The translations under genes were made by a program, and so were the position numbers. From an uncultured Actinomycetes bacterium (GTDB lineage: Bacteria; Actinomycetota; UBA4738; HRBIN12), in contig OY969934.1 in NCBI GenBank assembly GCA_963704725.1, forward strand, positions 2,336,001 through 2,400,000: a stretch of DNA of 64,000 bases. Reading direction: 5' to 3'. Below the pieces are notes generated by a model that saw only the letters and a list, made by a program, of their open reading frames with translations, did no database searches and was not told the DNA's origin. Numbering within the stretch: the first letter of the stretch is position 1; the number at the start of each line of letters is the position of its first letter. This document shows, one piece after another, positions 32,449 to 43,345 of the stretch.

Positions 32449-34041
32449 GTGGAGGCGACCGCTCCGGGAACGGCCTCGGTGGAGGCCGCGCCGATGCTGG
32501 AGATGCGCGGCATCACGAAGCGCTTCCCCGGAGTGGTCGCCAACCACCGGATCGACTTCGACGTGCGCGTCGGCGAGGTGCACACGCTCCTCGGCGAGAA
32601 CGGGGCGGGCAAGAGCACGCTGATGCGCGTCCTCTACGGCCTGTACCGGGCGGACGAGGGCGAGATCCGCCTGGGCGGCGAGCGGGTCACCATCGCCTCT
32701 CCCGCCGACGCGATCCGCAACGGCATCGGGATGATCCACCAGCACTTCATGCTCGTGCCCTCGCTCACCGTGGGCCAGAACGTCGCGCTGGGGCTGCGCT
32801 CCTCGCGCGGCTTCCTCACGGACCCGGACCGCGTCGCCCGGACGGATCCGGGAGCTCTCGCAGGCCTACGGGCTCAAGGTCGACCCCGACGCGTACGTGT
32901 GGCAGCTCTCCGTGGGCGAGCGCCAGCGCGTCGAGATCATGAAGGCGCTCTACCGCAACGCCACGCTGCTCGTGCTCGACGAGCCGACGGCGGTGCTCAC
33001 CCCACAGGAGGTGGACGACTTCTTCGTCATCCTGCGGCAGATGGTCCGCGACGGGCGTGGCCTCGTCTTCATCTCGCACAAGATCCGCGAGGTGCTCGCG
33101 CTCTCGGATCGCATCACCGTCCTGCGCGACGGTCGCACCGTCGGCACGGTCCTGCCCGCCGACGTGTCGCGGCGGGATCTCGCCAACATGATGGTGGGCC
33201 GCGAGATCGACACCGCCGAGCGGCCCACCGAGGCCTCGGCGGCCGAGGTTCGGCTGGTCGTGCGCGGGCTCCACGTTCGCGGCGACCGCGGGAACGAGGC
33301 GGTGCGGGGCGTCGACCTGGAGGTTCGCTCGGGCGAGGTCGTGGGGATCGCCGGCGTGTCCGGGAACGGGCAGCGCGAGCTGGCCGAGTCGATCGCCGGC
33401 CTCCGGCCGTCGACCGCGGGCTCGATCCTGCTCGACGGCGCCTCCCTGGACGGACGGGGGCCCGCGGAGGTGCGGGAGGCCGGGCTGGGCCACGTCCCCG
33501 AGGAGCGGATGCGCGACGGGGTGATCGGCGACTTCAGCGTGGCCGACAACCTGCTGCTCGTGGACAGTCGCTCCACCGACTACACGCGAATCTGGGGTTC
33601 CTGCGCAACCGCGCCATCCGCGGCCACTGCGAGCAGCTCGTCGCCGACTTCAACATCAAGGCGCCGAGCCTGGACACGCCGGCCCGAAACCTGTCGGGCG
33701 GCAACATCCAGAAGCTGATCCTGGCCCGAGAGCTCTCCGGGCGGCCCCGCGCCCTCCTGGTCGCGCAGCCCACGCGCGGCGTCGACGTCGGCGCCGCCGA
33801 GTACATCCACCGCCGCCTGATGGAGCAGCGCGCCGCCGGCACCGCCATCTTGATCATCTCGGAGGACCTGGACGAGATCCTGTCGCTCTCGGACCGGATC
33901 CTCGTCGTGTACGAGGGGTCGATCATCGGGGAGGTGGATCCCCGGACGACGGCCCGGGAGACCCTGGGGCTGATGATGGCCGGCGTCCGGGCCGACGCGG
34001 CGGACGATCGGGCCGGGGCCCCCTCCTCGCGCGAGGACTAG
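32449..34041 (+). CDS. Nucleoside/sugar ABC ATPase with two NBDs; compensating indels near 32838 and 33590
   Basis: GENGAGKST, LSVGERQRVEI, LDEPT, LSGGNIQK, QPTRGVDVGA. Confidence 0.88.
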   Translation: MEATAPGTASVEAAPMLEMRGITKRFPGVVANHRIDFDVRVGEVHTLLGENGAGKSTLMRVLYGLYRADEGEIRLGGERVTIASPADAIRNGIGMIHQHFMLVPSLTVGQNVALGLRSSRGFLTDPDRVARTDPGALAGLRAQGRPRRVRVAALRGRAPARRDHEGALPQRHAARARRADGGAHPTGGGRLLRHPAADGPRRAWPRLHLAQDPRGARALGSHHRPARRSHRRHGPARRRVAAGSRQHDGGPRDRHRRAAHRGLGGRGSAGRARAPRSRRPRERGGAGRRPGGSLGRGRGDRRRVRERAARAGRVDRRPPAVDRGLDPARRRLPGRTGARGGAGGRAGPRPRGADARRGDRRLQRGRQPAARGQSLHRLHANLGFLRNRAIRGHCEQLVADFNIKAPSLDTPARNLSGGNIQKLILARELSGRPRALLVAQPTRGVDVGAAEYIHRRLMEQRAAGTAILIISEDLDEILSLSDRILVVYEGSIIGEVDPRTTARETLGLMMAGVRADAADDRAGAPSSRED

Positions 34042-34168
34042 CGTGCGGCGCCACCGAACGTCTTCCGACGGCGCCGAAGGAGGGGAACGCCGAGGGTCGG
34101 GCGGCCCTGCCGCGAAAGGCCGGGCGACCGCTTTCGGCGTGCCCGGCGGGGCCGATGGTTCCATCGGC

Positions 34169-36250
34169 ATGGACGATCGCTCCGCCTCATCCGCCGTCGG
34201 CTCCGGCGAGCCGCTCGAGTTCCCCGGAACGCTCGAGCGCCAGCTCCGGGACTCCCCCGAGCTCGTCGAGCGCCTCCTGGAGGAGATGCCCGCGGGGTTC
34301 CTCAGCGTGGACGGCAACCTGCGGGTGCGCTACCTCAACCGGGCCGCGGAGGTCTCCTGGGGGTTCTCCCGGCAGGAGTGCCTGGGCCGCGGCATCTGGG
34401 AGATCTGGCCCGAGGCGGCCACGCCGGAGACCATCGACGCCATGGTCCGGATGGCCTCGACCGGCGAGCCGGTGCAGTTCGAGACCTTCTACGAGCTCTA
34501 CCACCAGTGGATCCAGGTGTTCGCGTTCCCCGCCACCGACGGGTTCTCCGCGTTCTTCCTCGACATCACCGCTCGACGGACCGCCGAGCTCGAGCGCAAC
34601 GCCGCCGAGGCGAGGTACCGGGACATCATCGAGGAGGTCCCGGCCATCACCTACCTCGAACGACGCCACGGAGGTGCGCGGAGGCACCATCTTCGTCAGC
34701 CCGCAGTCCAAGCAGATCCTCGGGTACTCGCCCGAGGAGTGGATCCTCAACCGCGAGCTGTGGTACCAGCTGCTCCATCCCGACGATCGCGACGCGGTGA
34801 TGGCGCAGAGCGTTCGCTGCCGCGAGCTCGGCGCCACGTTCGAGGCCGAGTACCGGATGCTCGCCCGGGACGGACGGGTGGTCTGGGTCCACGACCGATC
34901 GACACCGGTCCTGGGTCCCGGCGGGCGGCCGAAGCTCGTCCACGGGGTCATGGTCGACATCACGGCCCATCGGCTGGCCCAGGAGGAGATCGAACGCCGG
35001 GAGGCGATCCTCGCCGCGGTCGGGTTCGCCGCCGAGCGGCTCCTACGATCCGATCGGTGGGAGTCCGCGATCGACGACGTCCTGTGCCGGCTCGGCGAAT
35101 CGGCGGCCGTGGACCGCGTCGACCTCATCGAGCTCCAGGCCGACGGAACGGACCTGTGCGCATGGAGCCGTGCCGAATGGTGCGGCCCCGGGATCGACTC
35201 GGTCGGCGACGGGCTCCAGGGGCATGCCGATGCCCGGGAGCCCACGAGTGGGTCTCCAGGCTCGAGGCCGGGGAGACGCACGCCGGCACGCCCGCCGAAG
35301 GCACGCCGTGCCCCTACCTCTCGGACGTTCGCACGTTCGCGCTCGCGCCGCTGCTGGTGGCGTCGCGCCTGTGGGGGTTCCTCGCGCTGGGCGAGGTCAC
35401 CACGGACCGGACATGGACGGCGGCCGAGCGGGACGCCGTCGCCGCGGCCGCGGCGGCCGTGGCCACCGCGATGGAGCGACAACAGGCCACGCGCGCGCTC
35501 CGCGAGAGCGTCGAGGCGCTCAGCCGGTCGAACGAGGACCGGCAGCGACTCCTGGCTCGCCTGGTCAAGGCGCAGGAGGAGGAGCGGGAACGGGTCGCGA
35601 ACGATCTCCACGACGACTCGATCCAGATCATGACCGCGGTCGGGCTGCGGCTGGCGGTCCTGCGCGGCCAGGTGAAGGACGGGGCCGCGGAGCAAACGCT
35701 CACGAACGCCGAGGCCACGGTGGCGGAGGCGATCCGCCGCCTGCGCCGGGTCCTGTTCGAGCTGCGGCCGTTGAGCCTGGACAGCTCGGGCCTCGCCACG
35801 GCCATCGGCGACCACGTCCGGTTGATGGACGAGCCGGACGCACCCGAGTTCTCGATCGACGACCGGCTCCTGACGGAGCCCCCGGTCGAGGCCAGGACGA
35901 TCCTGTACCGCATCGCGCAGGAGGCGCTCACGAACGTCCGCAAGCACGCCCGGGCGGAGCACGCCTGGATCGAGCTCAGCTCCGAGGGTGAGGGGGTGCG
36001 CGTGCGGATCCGGGACGACGGCGTGGGGTTCGATCCCTCGTCCCGGCCGAACGGGGGCCTCGGACACGTGGGGATCCCGTCCATGCGCGAGCGCGCCAAT
36101 CTCGCCGGCGGGTGGCTCCGGATCGACGGGACGCCCGGCGCCGGGACGACGGTGGAGTGCTGGATCCCGCGGATCGCCGCGCCGCCGAACGGCGACGGGT
36201 CGGCTACGGGTGCGGATCCAGGACCATCGGTGGCAGTGGATCCTGCGTGA
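34169..36250 (+). CDS. PAS-PAS-GAF sensor histidine kinase (HisKA_3); compensating indels near 34660 and 35235
   Basis: Two PAS domains (one in the shifted frame, HPDDR...EYRM), [30 protein letters not shown]. Confidence 0.85.
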   Translation: MDDRSASSAVGSGEPLEFPGTLERQLRDSPELVERLLEEMPAGFLSVDGNLRVRYLNRAAEVSWGFSRQECLGRGIWEIWPEAATPETIDAMVRMASTGEPVQFETFYELYHQWIQVFAFPATDGFSAFFLDITARRTAELERNAAEARYRDIIEEVPAITYLERRHGGARRHHLRQPAVQADPRVLARGVDPQPRAVVPAAPSRRSRRGDGAERSLPRARRHVRGRVPDARPGRTGGLGPRPIDTGPGSRRAAEARPRGHGRHHGPSAGPGGDRTPGGDPRRGRVRRRAAPTIRSVGVRDRRRPVPARRIGGRGPRRPHRAPGRRNGPVRMEPCRMVRPRDRLGRRRAPGACRCPGAHEWVSRLEAGETHAGTPAEGTPCPYLSDVRTFALAPLLVASRLWGFLALGEVTTDRTWTAAERDAVAAAAAAVATAMERQQATRALRESVEALSRSNEDRQRLLARLVKAQEEERERVANDLHDDSIQIMTAVGLRLAVLRGQVKDGAAEQTLTNAEATVAEAIRRLRRVLFELRPLSLDSSGLATAIGDHVRLMDEPDAPEFSIDDRLLTEPPVEARTILYRIAQEALTNVRKHARAEHAWIELSSEGEGVRVRIRDDGVGFDPSSRPNGGLGHVGIPSMRERANLAGGWLRIDGTPGAGTTVECWIPRIAAPPNGDGSATGADPGPSVAVDPA

Positions 36251-37610
36251 AGTCGAACTCCCTGAGCAGGTTCCCCAGGATCGGCACGTCCTCTCGAACC
36301 GTGGGACGGGAGTCGGGGCGGCTCATCGTCGCCGGGTCCAGGCGCTGGCCGCCCAGGTAGAGGTCCTCGATCAGCTTCAGGTACGCGTCGAACGACAGCG
36401 TCTGCGAGTCGATCGTCCCCGCCTCGGCCCACGGGCTGATCATCAGGCCGGGCACGCGGATCCCGTAGCCGTTGACGTCCACCCGGGGCGGGCGGAGGTG
36501 ATCGTAGAACCCTCCCCAGTCGTCCCACGTGATGAAGATCGCCGTCTCGTCCCAGTCCGGACCGTTCATCGCCGCGTTCACGACCTGCGTGACGTGCCGC
36601 TGTCCCCTCCACACCGGCTCGCCGGCCCCGGGGTGCTCCCCGACGCCGGTGTACGGCATGACCCATGACACGGTCGGCAGCGTTCCGGCGGCGGCCTGGG
36701 CGAAGAAGTCCTCGTGCGGCCGGACGTTCTGGACCTGGTGGTTCTCGCGGACCGTGGTGAACCAGGGCAGTGGGTCCTGCTGGGCCACGGTGCGCCGCAC
36801 GCCGCCCTGGACGTTCGTGCACTCGAACGCGCAGGTGTCGTCGCCCACGTAGTAGGCCCAGCTCACGTCCTGCTCGTGGAGCAGATAGGTGATGTCGGTC
36901 CACGCGTAGAGCGCCCGGTCCTTCTTGGCGCGCTGCGCGGACGCCTCGGCCGAGAGCGAGAGGTCCGAGGAGCAGCTCATCGGGTCGTGCGGGTCGTTGC
37001 AGTGGGCCGCCCACGCCGAGACGAGGAACAGGTGCGCCGGCAGCGTCCAGGAGTCCGCCGGCGCGAACATGTGGTCCTGCAGGACGAAGTTCCTGGCGTA
37101 CGCCCAGTAGTTGGGGATCTCACGCTGGGTCATGTAGCTCATCACGTCGGGCTGCCCCTGCGGCCCGAGGTAGCTTGCGCAGGACGGGTCGCTCCGGTGG
37201 TCCGCGCAGAAGATCGGGCTGTCGATCACCGTGCGGACGAACCCGTCCATCCTTCCGCCGTCCACGTCGGCCCGCGAGTGTCGCTGCGCGTGCGGGCCGC
37301 CCTGCTGCAGCTGGCTGTCCGTGTGATACGGGCGCACGCACCGGTGCAGGATCGGATCCGGCACGCAGACGCTCGGATGCCCGTTCCGCATGGGGATCCC
37401 GTCGGCGCCGGGGAAGGTCCCGAAGTAGTGATCGAAGGACCGGTTCTCCTGCACGATGAAGATGAGGTGCTTCAGGTGGGCCTGCGCCTGCTCGAGCTGG
37501 CTGAGCCTGCTCGAAGAAGGCCTCGACGCGCGGGCGGCGTCCCCCCCTCCGCCACTGCAGGCCGCCACCAGGGCCACGCTCGCCAACAGGATCGGGATCG
37601 TCCGCCTCAT
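36204..37610 (-). CDS. Phospholipase C/acid phosphatase (phosphoesterase family) lipoprotein, copy 2
   Basis: [28 protein letters not shown]; lipobox VAAC. Confidence 0.88.
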   Translation of the reverse strand: MRRTIPILLASVALVAACSGGGGDAARASRPSSSRLSQLEQAQAHLKHLIFIVQENRSFDHYFGTFPGADGIPMRNGHPSVCVPDPILHRCVRPYHTDSQLQQGGPHAQRHSRADVDGGRMDGFVRTVIDSPIFCADHRSDPSCASYLGPQGQPDVMSYMTQREIPNYWAYARNFVLQDHMFAPADSWTLPAHLFLVSAWAAHCNDPHDPMSCSSDLSLSAEASAQRAKKDRALYAWTDITYLLHEQDVSWAYYVGDDTCAFECTNVQGGVRRTVAQQDPLPWFTTVRENHQVQNVRPHEDFFAQAAAGTLPTVSWVMPYTGVGEHPGAGEPVWRGQRHVTQVVNAAMNGPDWDETAIFITWDDWGGFYDHLRPPRVDVNGYGIRVPGLMISPWAEAGTIDSQTLSFDAYLKLIEDLYLGGQRLDPATMSRPDSRPTVREDVPILGNLLREFDFTQDPLPPMVLDPHP

Positions 37611-39037
37611 CGCCGTCCTCCCCCGCCGGGCGTCGGATCCAGGATCAGAGGCGGGATCGGATCCTGGTCGAAGTCGAACTCCTCCCGCAGGTCCCCGAGC
37701 AGCCCCACGTCCTCGCGAACGGTCGGCCGGGGATCGGGACGTCCATCGGTGCGTGGGTCGAGCCGCTGTCCGTCGAGGAACAGGTCCTCGATCAGCTTCA
37801 GGTACGCGTCGAAGCCGAGGGTCTGGTCGTCGATCGTCCCGCCCCTGGCCCACGGGCTGATGAGGATCCCCGGCACACGGATGCCGTACCCGTTCTCGTC
37901 GACGCGGGGCGGGGGGACGTGATCGTAGAAGCCGCCCCAGTCGTCCCAGGTGAGGAAGATCGCCGTCCGGTCCCACAGCGGGCTCCGCATGAGGGCGTTG
38001 ACCACCCGCGTGACGTGGGCCTGCCCCCTCGACAGCGGCGCGCCGTTGCCCGGGTGCTCGCTGTCGAGGCCGCCGGGCATCACCCACGAGACCGCGGGGA
38101 GCGAGCCGTCCCGGGCGGCGTCGAAGAAGTCCTCGTGGGTCTGGATGCGGTCCTGGGTGTGCTGCTCGTGGACGGTGGTGAACGCGGGGAGGGGGTTCTG
38201 GGCCGGCGGCGTCTTCTGTGGGGCGCCGGCGTCGCAGAACGCGTCGGGGTTCAGGCACGTGTCGTCGCCCACGTAATACGCCCAGCTCACGCCGCCCCTC
38301 GTGAGCAGGTAGGTGATGTCCGTCCACCCGTAGATCGCCGGATGCAGGCCGTGCCGCTGACGGTCCACGACGCCGTCCTGCTCGAGGTCGGACCGGCAGC
38401 TCATCGGATCGCGCGGATCCTCGCACCGGGCCGCCCAGCCCGAGACGAGGAACAGGTGGGAGGGCAGCGTCCACGAGTCCGTCGGCGCGAAGAAGCGATC
38501 CTGCAGCACGAACGTCCTCGCGTAGGCCCAGTAGTTCGGGATCTCGTCGGCCGTGTGGTAGCCCATGACGTCCGGCTGCCCCTGCGGTCCGACGTCGTCG
38601 CGGCACGAGGGCTTGTCGCGGTGTTCGGCGCAGAAGTTGGGACCGTCGACCAGCGTCCGGACGAACCCGTCCATCCGACCCCCGTCGACGTCGCGCACCG
38701 AGTGCCGATGCCCGTGCGGGCCTCCCTCGCCGACCAGGGTTCGGTCGTGGTAGGGGCGGACGCAGTGGCCGAGGACCGGGTCCGGGACGCACACCGCCGG
38801 CCGGCCGCCACGCATGGGGATCCCGTCGGCGCCGGGGAACGTGCCGAAGTAATGGTCGAACGAGCGGTTCTCCTGGACCACGAACACCAGGTGCTCGATG
38901 TGCTCGAAGCCCTGGAGGCGGGCATCGCCCGAGGACGCGGCGTCCGGCGCCGGTCCGGACGACGCCGCGCACGCGGTCGCGATCGGTACGCAGGCGGCCG
39001 CGATGAGCGCGAGCCGCGAGCGGACAGGCATCGTCAT
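37607..39037 (-). CDS. Phospholipase C/acid phosphatase (phosphoesterase family) lipoprotein, copy 1
   Basis: [28 protein letters not shown]; lipobox ATAC. Confidence 0.88.
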   Translation of the reverse strand: MTMPVRSRLALIAAACVPIATACAASSGPAPDAASSGDARLQGFEHIEHLVFVVQENRSFDHYFGTFPGADGIPMRGGRPAVCVPDPVLGHCVRPYHDRTLVGEGGPHGHRHSVRDVDGGRMDGFVRTLVDGPNFCAEHRDKPSCRDDVGPQGQPDVMGYHTADEIPNYWAYARTFVLQDRFFAPTDSWTLPSHLFLVSGWAARCEDPRDPMSCRSDLEQDGVVDRQRHGLHPAIYGWTDITYLLTRGGVSWAYYVGDDTCLNPDAFCDAGAPQKTPPAQNPLPAFTTVHEQHTQDRIQTHEDFFDAARDGSLPAVSWVMPGGLDSEHPGNGAPLSRGQAHVTRVVNALMRSPLWDRTAIFLTWDDWGGFYDHVPPPRVDENGYGIRVPGILISPWARGGTIDDQTLGFDAYLKLIEDLFLDGQRLDPRTDGRPDPRPTVREDVGLLGDLREEFDFDQDPIPPLILDPTPGGGGRR

Positions 39038-39129
39038 CGGCGACCGAGCCTACCAACGGCCGCCCGGGTGGGCGCCCGCGTCGGGCATTGAGAGTATGTG
39101 GCACCCGCCCGAGCGTGAAGGAGCCCGCC

Positions 39130-40593
39130 GTGGAACCGCAGGGAGCATCGCCCGGCAAGACCCTCGTGACCCTGATCCCCGGGGACGGCATCGGCCCCGA
39201 GTGCGTGCGCTCGGCCCAGCGGATCGTCGAGGCGGCCGGGGCGAGGATCGAATGGGAGGAGCGGGAGGCGGGCGCGGAGGTCTTCAAGCGAGGGCTCCCC
39301 TCGGGCGTGCCGGAGGAGACGATCGAGTCGATCGAGCGCACGCGCGTCGTCCTCAAGGGCCCCCTCGAAACCCCGGTGGGCTTCGGCGAGAAGAGCGCCA
39401 ACGTCACGCTCCGCAAGCTGTTCGAGACGTACGCCAACGTCCGGCCCGTGCGCGAGCTGCCCGGCGTCACGACGCCCTACACCGGGCGAGGGATCGACCT
39501 CGTCGTCGTCCGGGAGAACGTCGAGGACCTGTACGCCGGCATCGAGCACATGCAGACGCCAGGCGTGGCCCAGACGTTGAAGCTGATCAGCCGCAAGGGG
39601 TGCGAGAAGATCGTGCGCTTCGGGTTCGAGCTCGCCATCGCCGAGGGCCGCAGCACGGTGCACTGCGCCACCAAGGCCAACATCATGAAGTTCTCCGAGG
39701 GGATGCTGAAGCGCACGTTCGAGGAGATCGCGCCCGAGTACCCCGGCATCGAGGCGTGGCACATCATCGTCGACAACTGCGCCCACCAGCTCGTGAAGCG
39801 GCCGGAGCAGTTCGACGTGCTGATCACGACGAACATGAACGGCGACATCCTGTCGGACGAGTCGAGCGCCCTGGTCGGCGGGCTCGGCTACGCGCCGAGC
39901 GCCAACATCGGGACCGACGTCGCGATCTTCGAGGCCGTGCACGGCTCGGCGCCGAAGTACGCGGGCAAGGACGTCATCAACCCCACGGCGGTGATCCTGT
40001 CGGCGGTGCTGATGCTGCGGTACCTCGGCGAGTTCGAGGTCGCCGCCGACGTCGAGCACGCGATCCTGGTCACGCTCGAGCAGGGGGTCCTGACCGGCGA
40101 CGTGATGGGCTACGACCGCGGCACGCCGACGTCGCGATACACGGACACGATCATCGAGAACCTCGGCAAGCGCTCGGAGCGGTGGGAGGTCCGCGACTAC
40201 AAGCCGATCTCCGTCCCCCGCGTGAGCGCCCGGCCCGACTTCGTCCAGGCCGCCGCTCGCTCCGCCGTGGGCCTGGACGTCTTCGTCGAGTCCGCGCTCG
40301 GCCCCGACGAGCTGGGGGCGAGCCTTCGCGAGCTCACGGCGGGCGCCGACCTCGAGCTGCGGTCGGTCGCCAATCGCGGCCGGCAGGTCTACCCCCCCAC
40401 CGGCGCCGCCGCCGACATGGTCGACCACTACGCCTGCCGGTTCCTGCTCGGCCGGCCCGCCGACGACCTGCCCGAGGAGGCCGTCCACGACCTCCTCGCC
40501 CGGATCTCGTCGCGGCACCGGTGGATGCATCTGGAGAAGCTGCAGGAGTTCGACGGCGCGCCGGGCTTCACCCGGGCCCAGGGGGAGAACTGA
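39130..40593 (+). CDS. icd: Isocitrate dehydrogenase (Thermus/Rickettsia-type with C-terminal extension)
   Basis: [53 protein letters not shown]-terminal FTRAQGE. Confidence 0.9.
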   Translation: MEPQGASPGKTLVTLIPGDGIGPECVRSAQRIVEAAGARIEWEEREAGAEVFKRGLPSGVPEETIESIERTRVVLKGPLETPVGFGEKSANVTLRKLFETYANVRPVRELPGVTTPYTGRGIDLVVVRENVEDLYAGIEHMQTPGVAQTLKLISRKGCEKIVRFGFELAIAEGRSTVHCATKANIMKFSEGMLKRTFEEIAPEYPGIEAWHIIVDNCAHQLVKRPEQFDVLITTNMNGDILSDESSALVGGLGYAPSANIGTDVAIFEAVHGSAPKYAGKDVINPTAVILSAVLMLRYLGEFEVAADVEHAILVTLEQGVLTGDVMGYDRGTPTSRYTDTIIENLGKRSERWEVRDYKPISVPRVSARPDFVQAAARSAVGLDVFVESALGPDELGASLRELTAGADLELRSVANRGRQVYPPTGAAADMVDHYACRFLLGRPADDLPEEAVHDLLARISSRHRWMHLEKLQEFDGAPGFTRAQGEN

Positions 40594-40714
40594 CGTCCTC
40601 GGCGGGCGTTCGGGCGGTGCCGAGGCGTGGGAGAAGTACCGGATTGACCGGGCACGGGCTCCGGTGGAGCATGGCCGCCCCGAGACGATCTCCGACGGAA
40701 AGGAACCCTTCCGC

Positions 40715-41960
40715 ATGCGCAACCCACACCGCGCGTCCGCGCTGGTCGCGGCCGTCGCGATCGCGGGCGGCCTGACCTCGCTCGGCCCGCTCTCGCTCGC
40801 GGCCCCCAGCGACGCCGGCTCGATCGTCTTCACCACGTTTCGCGACGGGAACGCCGAGATCTACGTGATGGCCGCGGACGGCACGGGCGCGGTCAACCTC
40901 ACACGGAACGCCGCGGCGGATACCCAGGCTGCGGTCTCCCCCGACGGGTCTCGCATCGCGTTCGTGTCGGATCGGGACGCGGGCGACCAGGAGATCTACG
41001 TCATGAACGCCGACGGCACGCACGTCGCCCGCCTGACCGAGTCGCCGGGCGCGGACCTCGCCCCGGCATGGTCGCCCGACGGCACGATGATCGCCTTCCA
41101 GACCGAGCGGGACGGCAACTTCGAGATCTACGTGATGGCCGCGGACGGGACCGACCCCGTGAACCTGACGAACCTCCCCGGCGCCGACACCACGCCTGAG
41201 TGGCGCCCCGACGGCCTGCGGATCGCCTTCGGCTCCGACCGCGACGGCGACGCCGAGATCTGGGACATGGTCCCGGACGGGACCGGGCCGGTCAACCTCA
41301 CCAACAACCCGTCGCGGGAGGCGAATCCCAGCTACGCCCCCGACGGCACGGCGATCGTCTTCGACACGAACCGCGACGCCGGGAATCTTCGAGATCTACG
41401 TCATGGGCGCGGACGGGACCTCGCCGACCCGACTGTCGAACGACGAGGCCGCCGACACGGACCCCTCGTTCTCGCCGGACGGGACCGCGATCGCCTTCCA
41501 GACGGATCGGGACGACAGCCTCGAGATCTACACGATGGCCGCCGACGGGACCGATCCCACCCGGCTCACGACGACCAAGGAGAACGACGTCCAGCCCGAT
41601 TGGAGCGACGTGAGCGGCGCGTCGCCCCCGGGAGGTGGGGGGTGCACCATCCGCGGGACCTCCTCCGGCGAGACGCTCCGCGGGACGACCGGCGACGACG
41701 TGATCTGCGGCCTAGGGGGCGACGACCGGCTCGTGGGACTGGGCGGGAACGACACCCTGAAGGGCGGGGGCGGCGGCGACACGCTGATCGGGGGACCCGG
41801 GGTCGACACCTTCCTGGCCGGCGGGGGGGACGACGTGGTGCGAGCGCAGGACTCCACGGACGAGGACGTGGACGCCGGCCGGGGCGACGATGTGTGCCGG
41901 ATCGACGCACGGGACACCGCGGAGGGGTGCGAGCGGGTGATCCGCCCTCCGAAGAACTGA
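40715..41960 (+). CDS. Secreted TolB-like PD40-repeat beta-propeller with a C-terminal RTX-type Ca-binding region; indel near 41386
   Basis: Repeated SPDG-x-IAF...EIYVMxADG units; GGxGxDxL repeats. Confidence 0.82.
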
Positions 41961-42009
41961 CGCCGAAGCCGGAGGAGCCGCTCGCGAGGAGGCTCGATAC
42001 CCTGGGTCG

Positions 42010-42660
42010 GTGACGAACTCCGACGGGCTCCTCGACGCCGCGACGACGCTCGAGCTGGCCGACTGGCGCCGCAGGATCGCCGAGCTCTACGCGGAGGTAC
42101 GCGGCGCCCGGGACCCCCGAACCGCCTACGAGCGGTGGCGATCGGTGCGCGAGGAGCTCTTCCGCACCCACGCGGCGTCCCCGATCCCCCCGGGGGACCG
42201 CGCCGCGTACGAGGGCATCCCCTGCTTCCCGCACGACCCCTCCGCTCGCGTGCTCGGCAGGATCGAGCCGGCGACACCGGAGCGCTTCGACATCGCGGAC
42301 AGCGGTGACGGCTCGTTCGCGTTCCGGCGGGTGGGCCGTGTCCGGTTCGAGCTCCACGGCCGCGAGTCCGCACTCGACCTGTTCTGGATGGAGGGGTACG
42401 CGGGCGGGTTCTTCCTCCCGTTCCTCGACGCCACGAGCGGGGACGAGACCTACGGCGGGGGCCGGTACCTGCTGGACACGGTGAAGGGCGCCGACCACGG
42501 GGTCGAGGGTGACGCCCTCGTCCTGGACTTCAACCTGGCCTATCCCCCGTCCTGCTCGTACGACCCGCGCTGGGTGTGCCCCCTGGCGCCCCCGGGCAGC
42601 CGGCTGTCCGTGCCGGTCCGCGCCGGCGAGCGCTCGCCGCGATCGGCTCGGCTCACATGA
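42010..42660 (+). CDS. DUF1684 family protein
   Basis: FLDATSGDETYGGGRYL, LDFNLAYPPSCSY, CPLAPP. Confidence 0.88.
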   Translation: MTNSDGLLDAATTLELADWRRRIAELYAEVRGARDPRTAYERWRSVREELFRTHAASPIPPGDRAAYEGIPCFPHDPSARVLGRIEPATPERFDIADSGDGSFAFRRVGRVRFELHGRESALDLFWMEGYAGGFFLPFLDATSGDETYGGGRYLLDTVKGADHGVEGDALVLDFNLAYPPSCSYDPRWVCPLAPPGSRLSVPVRAGERSPRSARLT

Positions 42661-43225
42661 GCGTGGCCTGGACGCCTCCGTCGTAGACGAGTCTCCCGTC
42701 CTCGAGCCGAGCCTGCGGATGGAGCTCGTGCTCCTCGATCCGGCCGTCGACCAGGTGGCGAACCCGACCTCCGCCGGCCACGATGGCATCCGCGATCATG
42801 CGCCGGTGGCACCGGCGCCAGTCGGCCTCGGCGCAGAGGAAGGCCGTCGGGAGTTCCCTCCCCCACGACAGGAGCCGGGCGAGGCCCTCCCGGAACACGC
42901 TCGTCTCCATGTGGTCGGCGTAGCCGCGGAAGGCGTCGACCCGCAGGGCCGTGTGCCGGGAGCCGATCTTCGGCCTGCGGAACCCGCCGAGCTCGGTGCC
43001 GACCCAGCGGTACTCGATGCCGTCACGTTCCGCCGATCGGCGCAGCGCCTCGGCCGCGAACTGAGGGTTCCGGCGCGATCCCGGCGCCACCCGCACGTCG
43101 ACGAGCCGGCGCACGCCGGCGCAGTTCAGGGTCGACAGCAACGAACCGATCGCCTGCGTGCCGTGTCCCACGCTGAACAGCACGAAAGACGTCCGTTCGG
43201 CGACCGTCGATGGGTTGGGCTCCAC
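42653..43225 (-). CDS. DUF488 family protein
   Basis: SVGHG, LVDVR, SRRNPQF, FRGYADHM, CAE..W.RCHR. Confidence 0.88.
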   Translation of the reverse strand: MEPNPSTVAERTSFVLFSVGHGTQAIGSLLSTLNCAGVRRLVDVRVAPGSRRNPQFAAEALRRSAERDGIEYRWVGTELGGFRRPKIGSRHTALRVDAFRGYADHMETSVFREGLARLLSWGRELPTAFLCAEADWRRCHRRMIADAIVAGGGRVRHLVDGRIEEHELHPQARLEDGRLVYDGGVQATLM

Positions 43226-43269
43226 GCCGGTTCGGTATCCTTCCTCCCGCTCGGCCCAGGCCGGGTCTC

Positions 43270-43345
43270 GGTCCCATCGTCTAGTGGCCTAGGACACCAC
43301 CCTCTCAAGGTGGAGACACGGGTTCGAACCCCGTTGGGACTACCA
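43270..43345 (+). tRNA. tRNA-Glu(CTC), probable integration site
   Basis: GGTCCCATCGTCTAGTGGCCTAGGACACCACCCT-CTC-AAGGTGGAGACACGGGTTCGAACCCCGTTGGGACTACCA. Confidence 0.96.

Noticed and set aside
40840-41610. Regularly spaced DNA repeats as a possible CRISPR array
   Set aside because: They are in-frame PD40 protein repeats; there is no repeat-spacer structure and no cas gene
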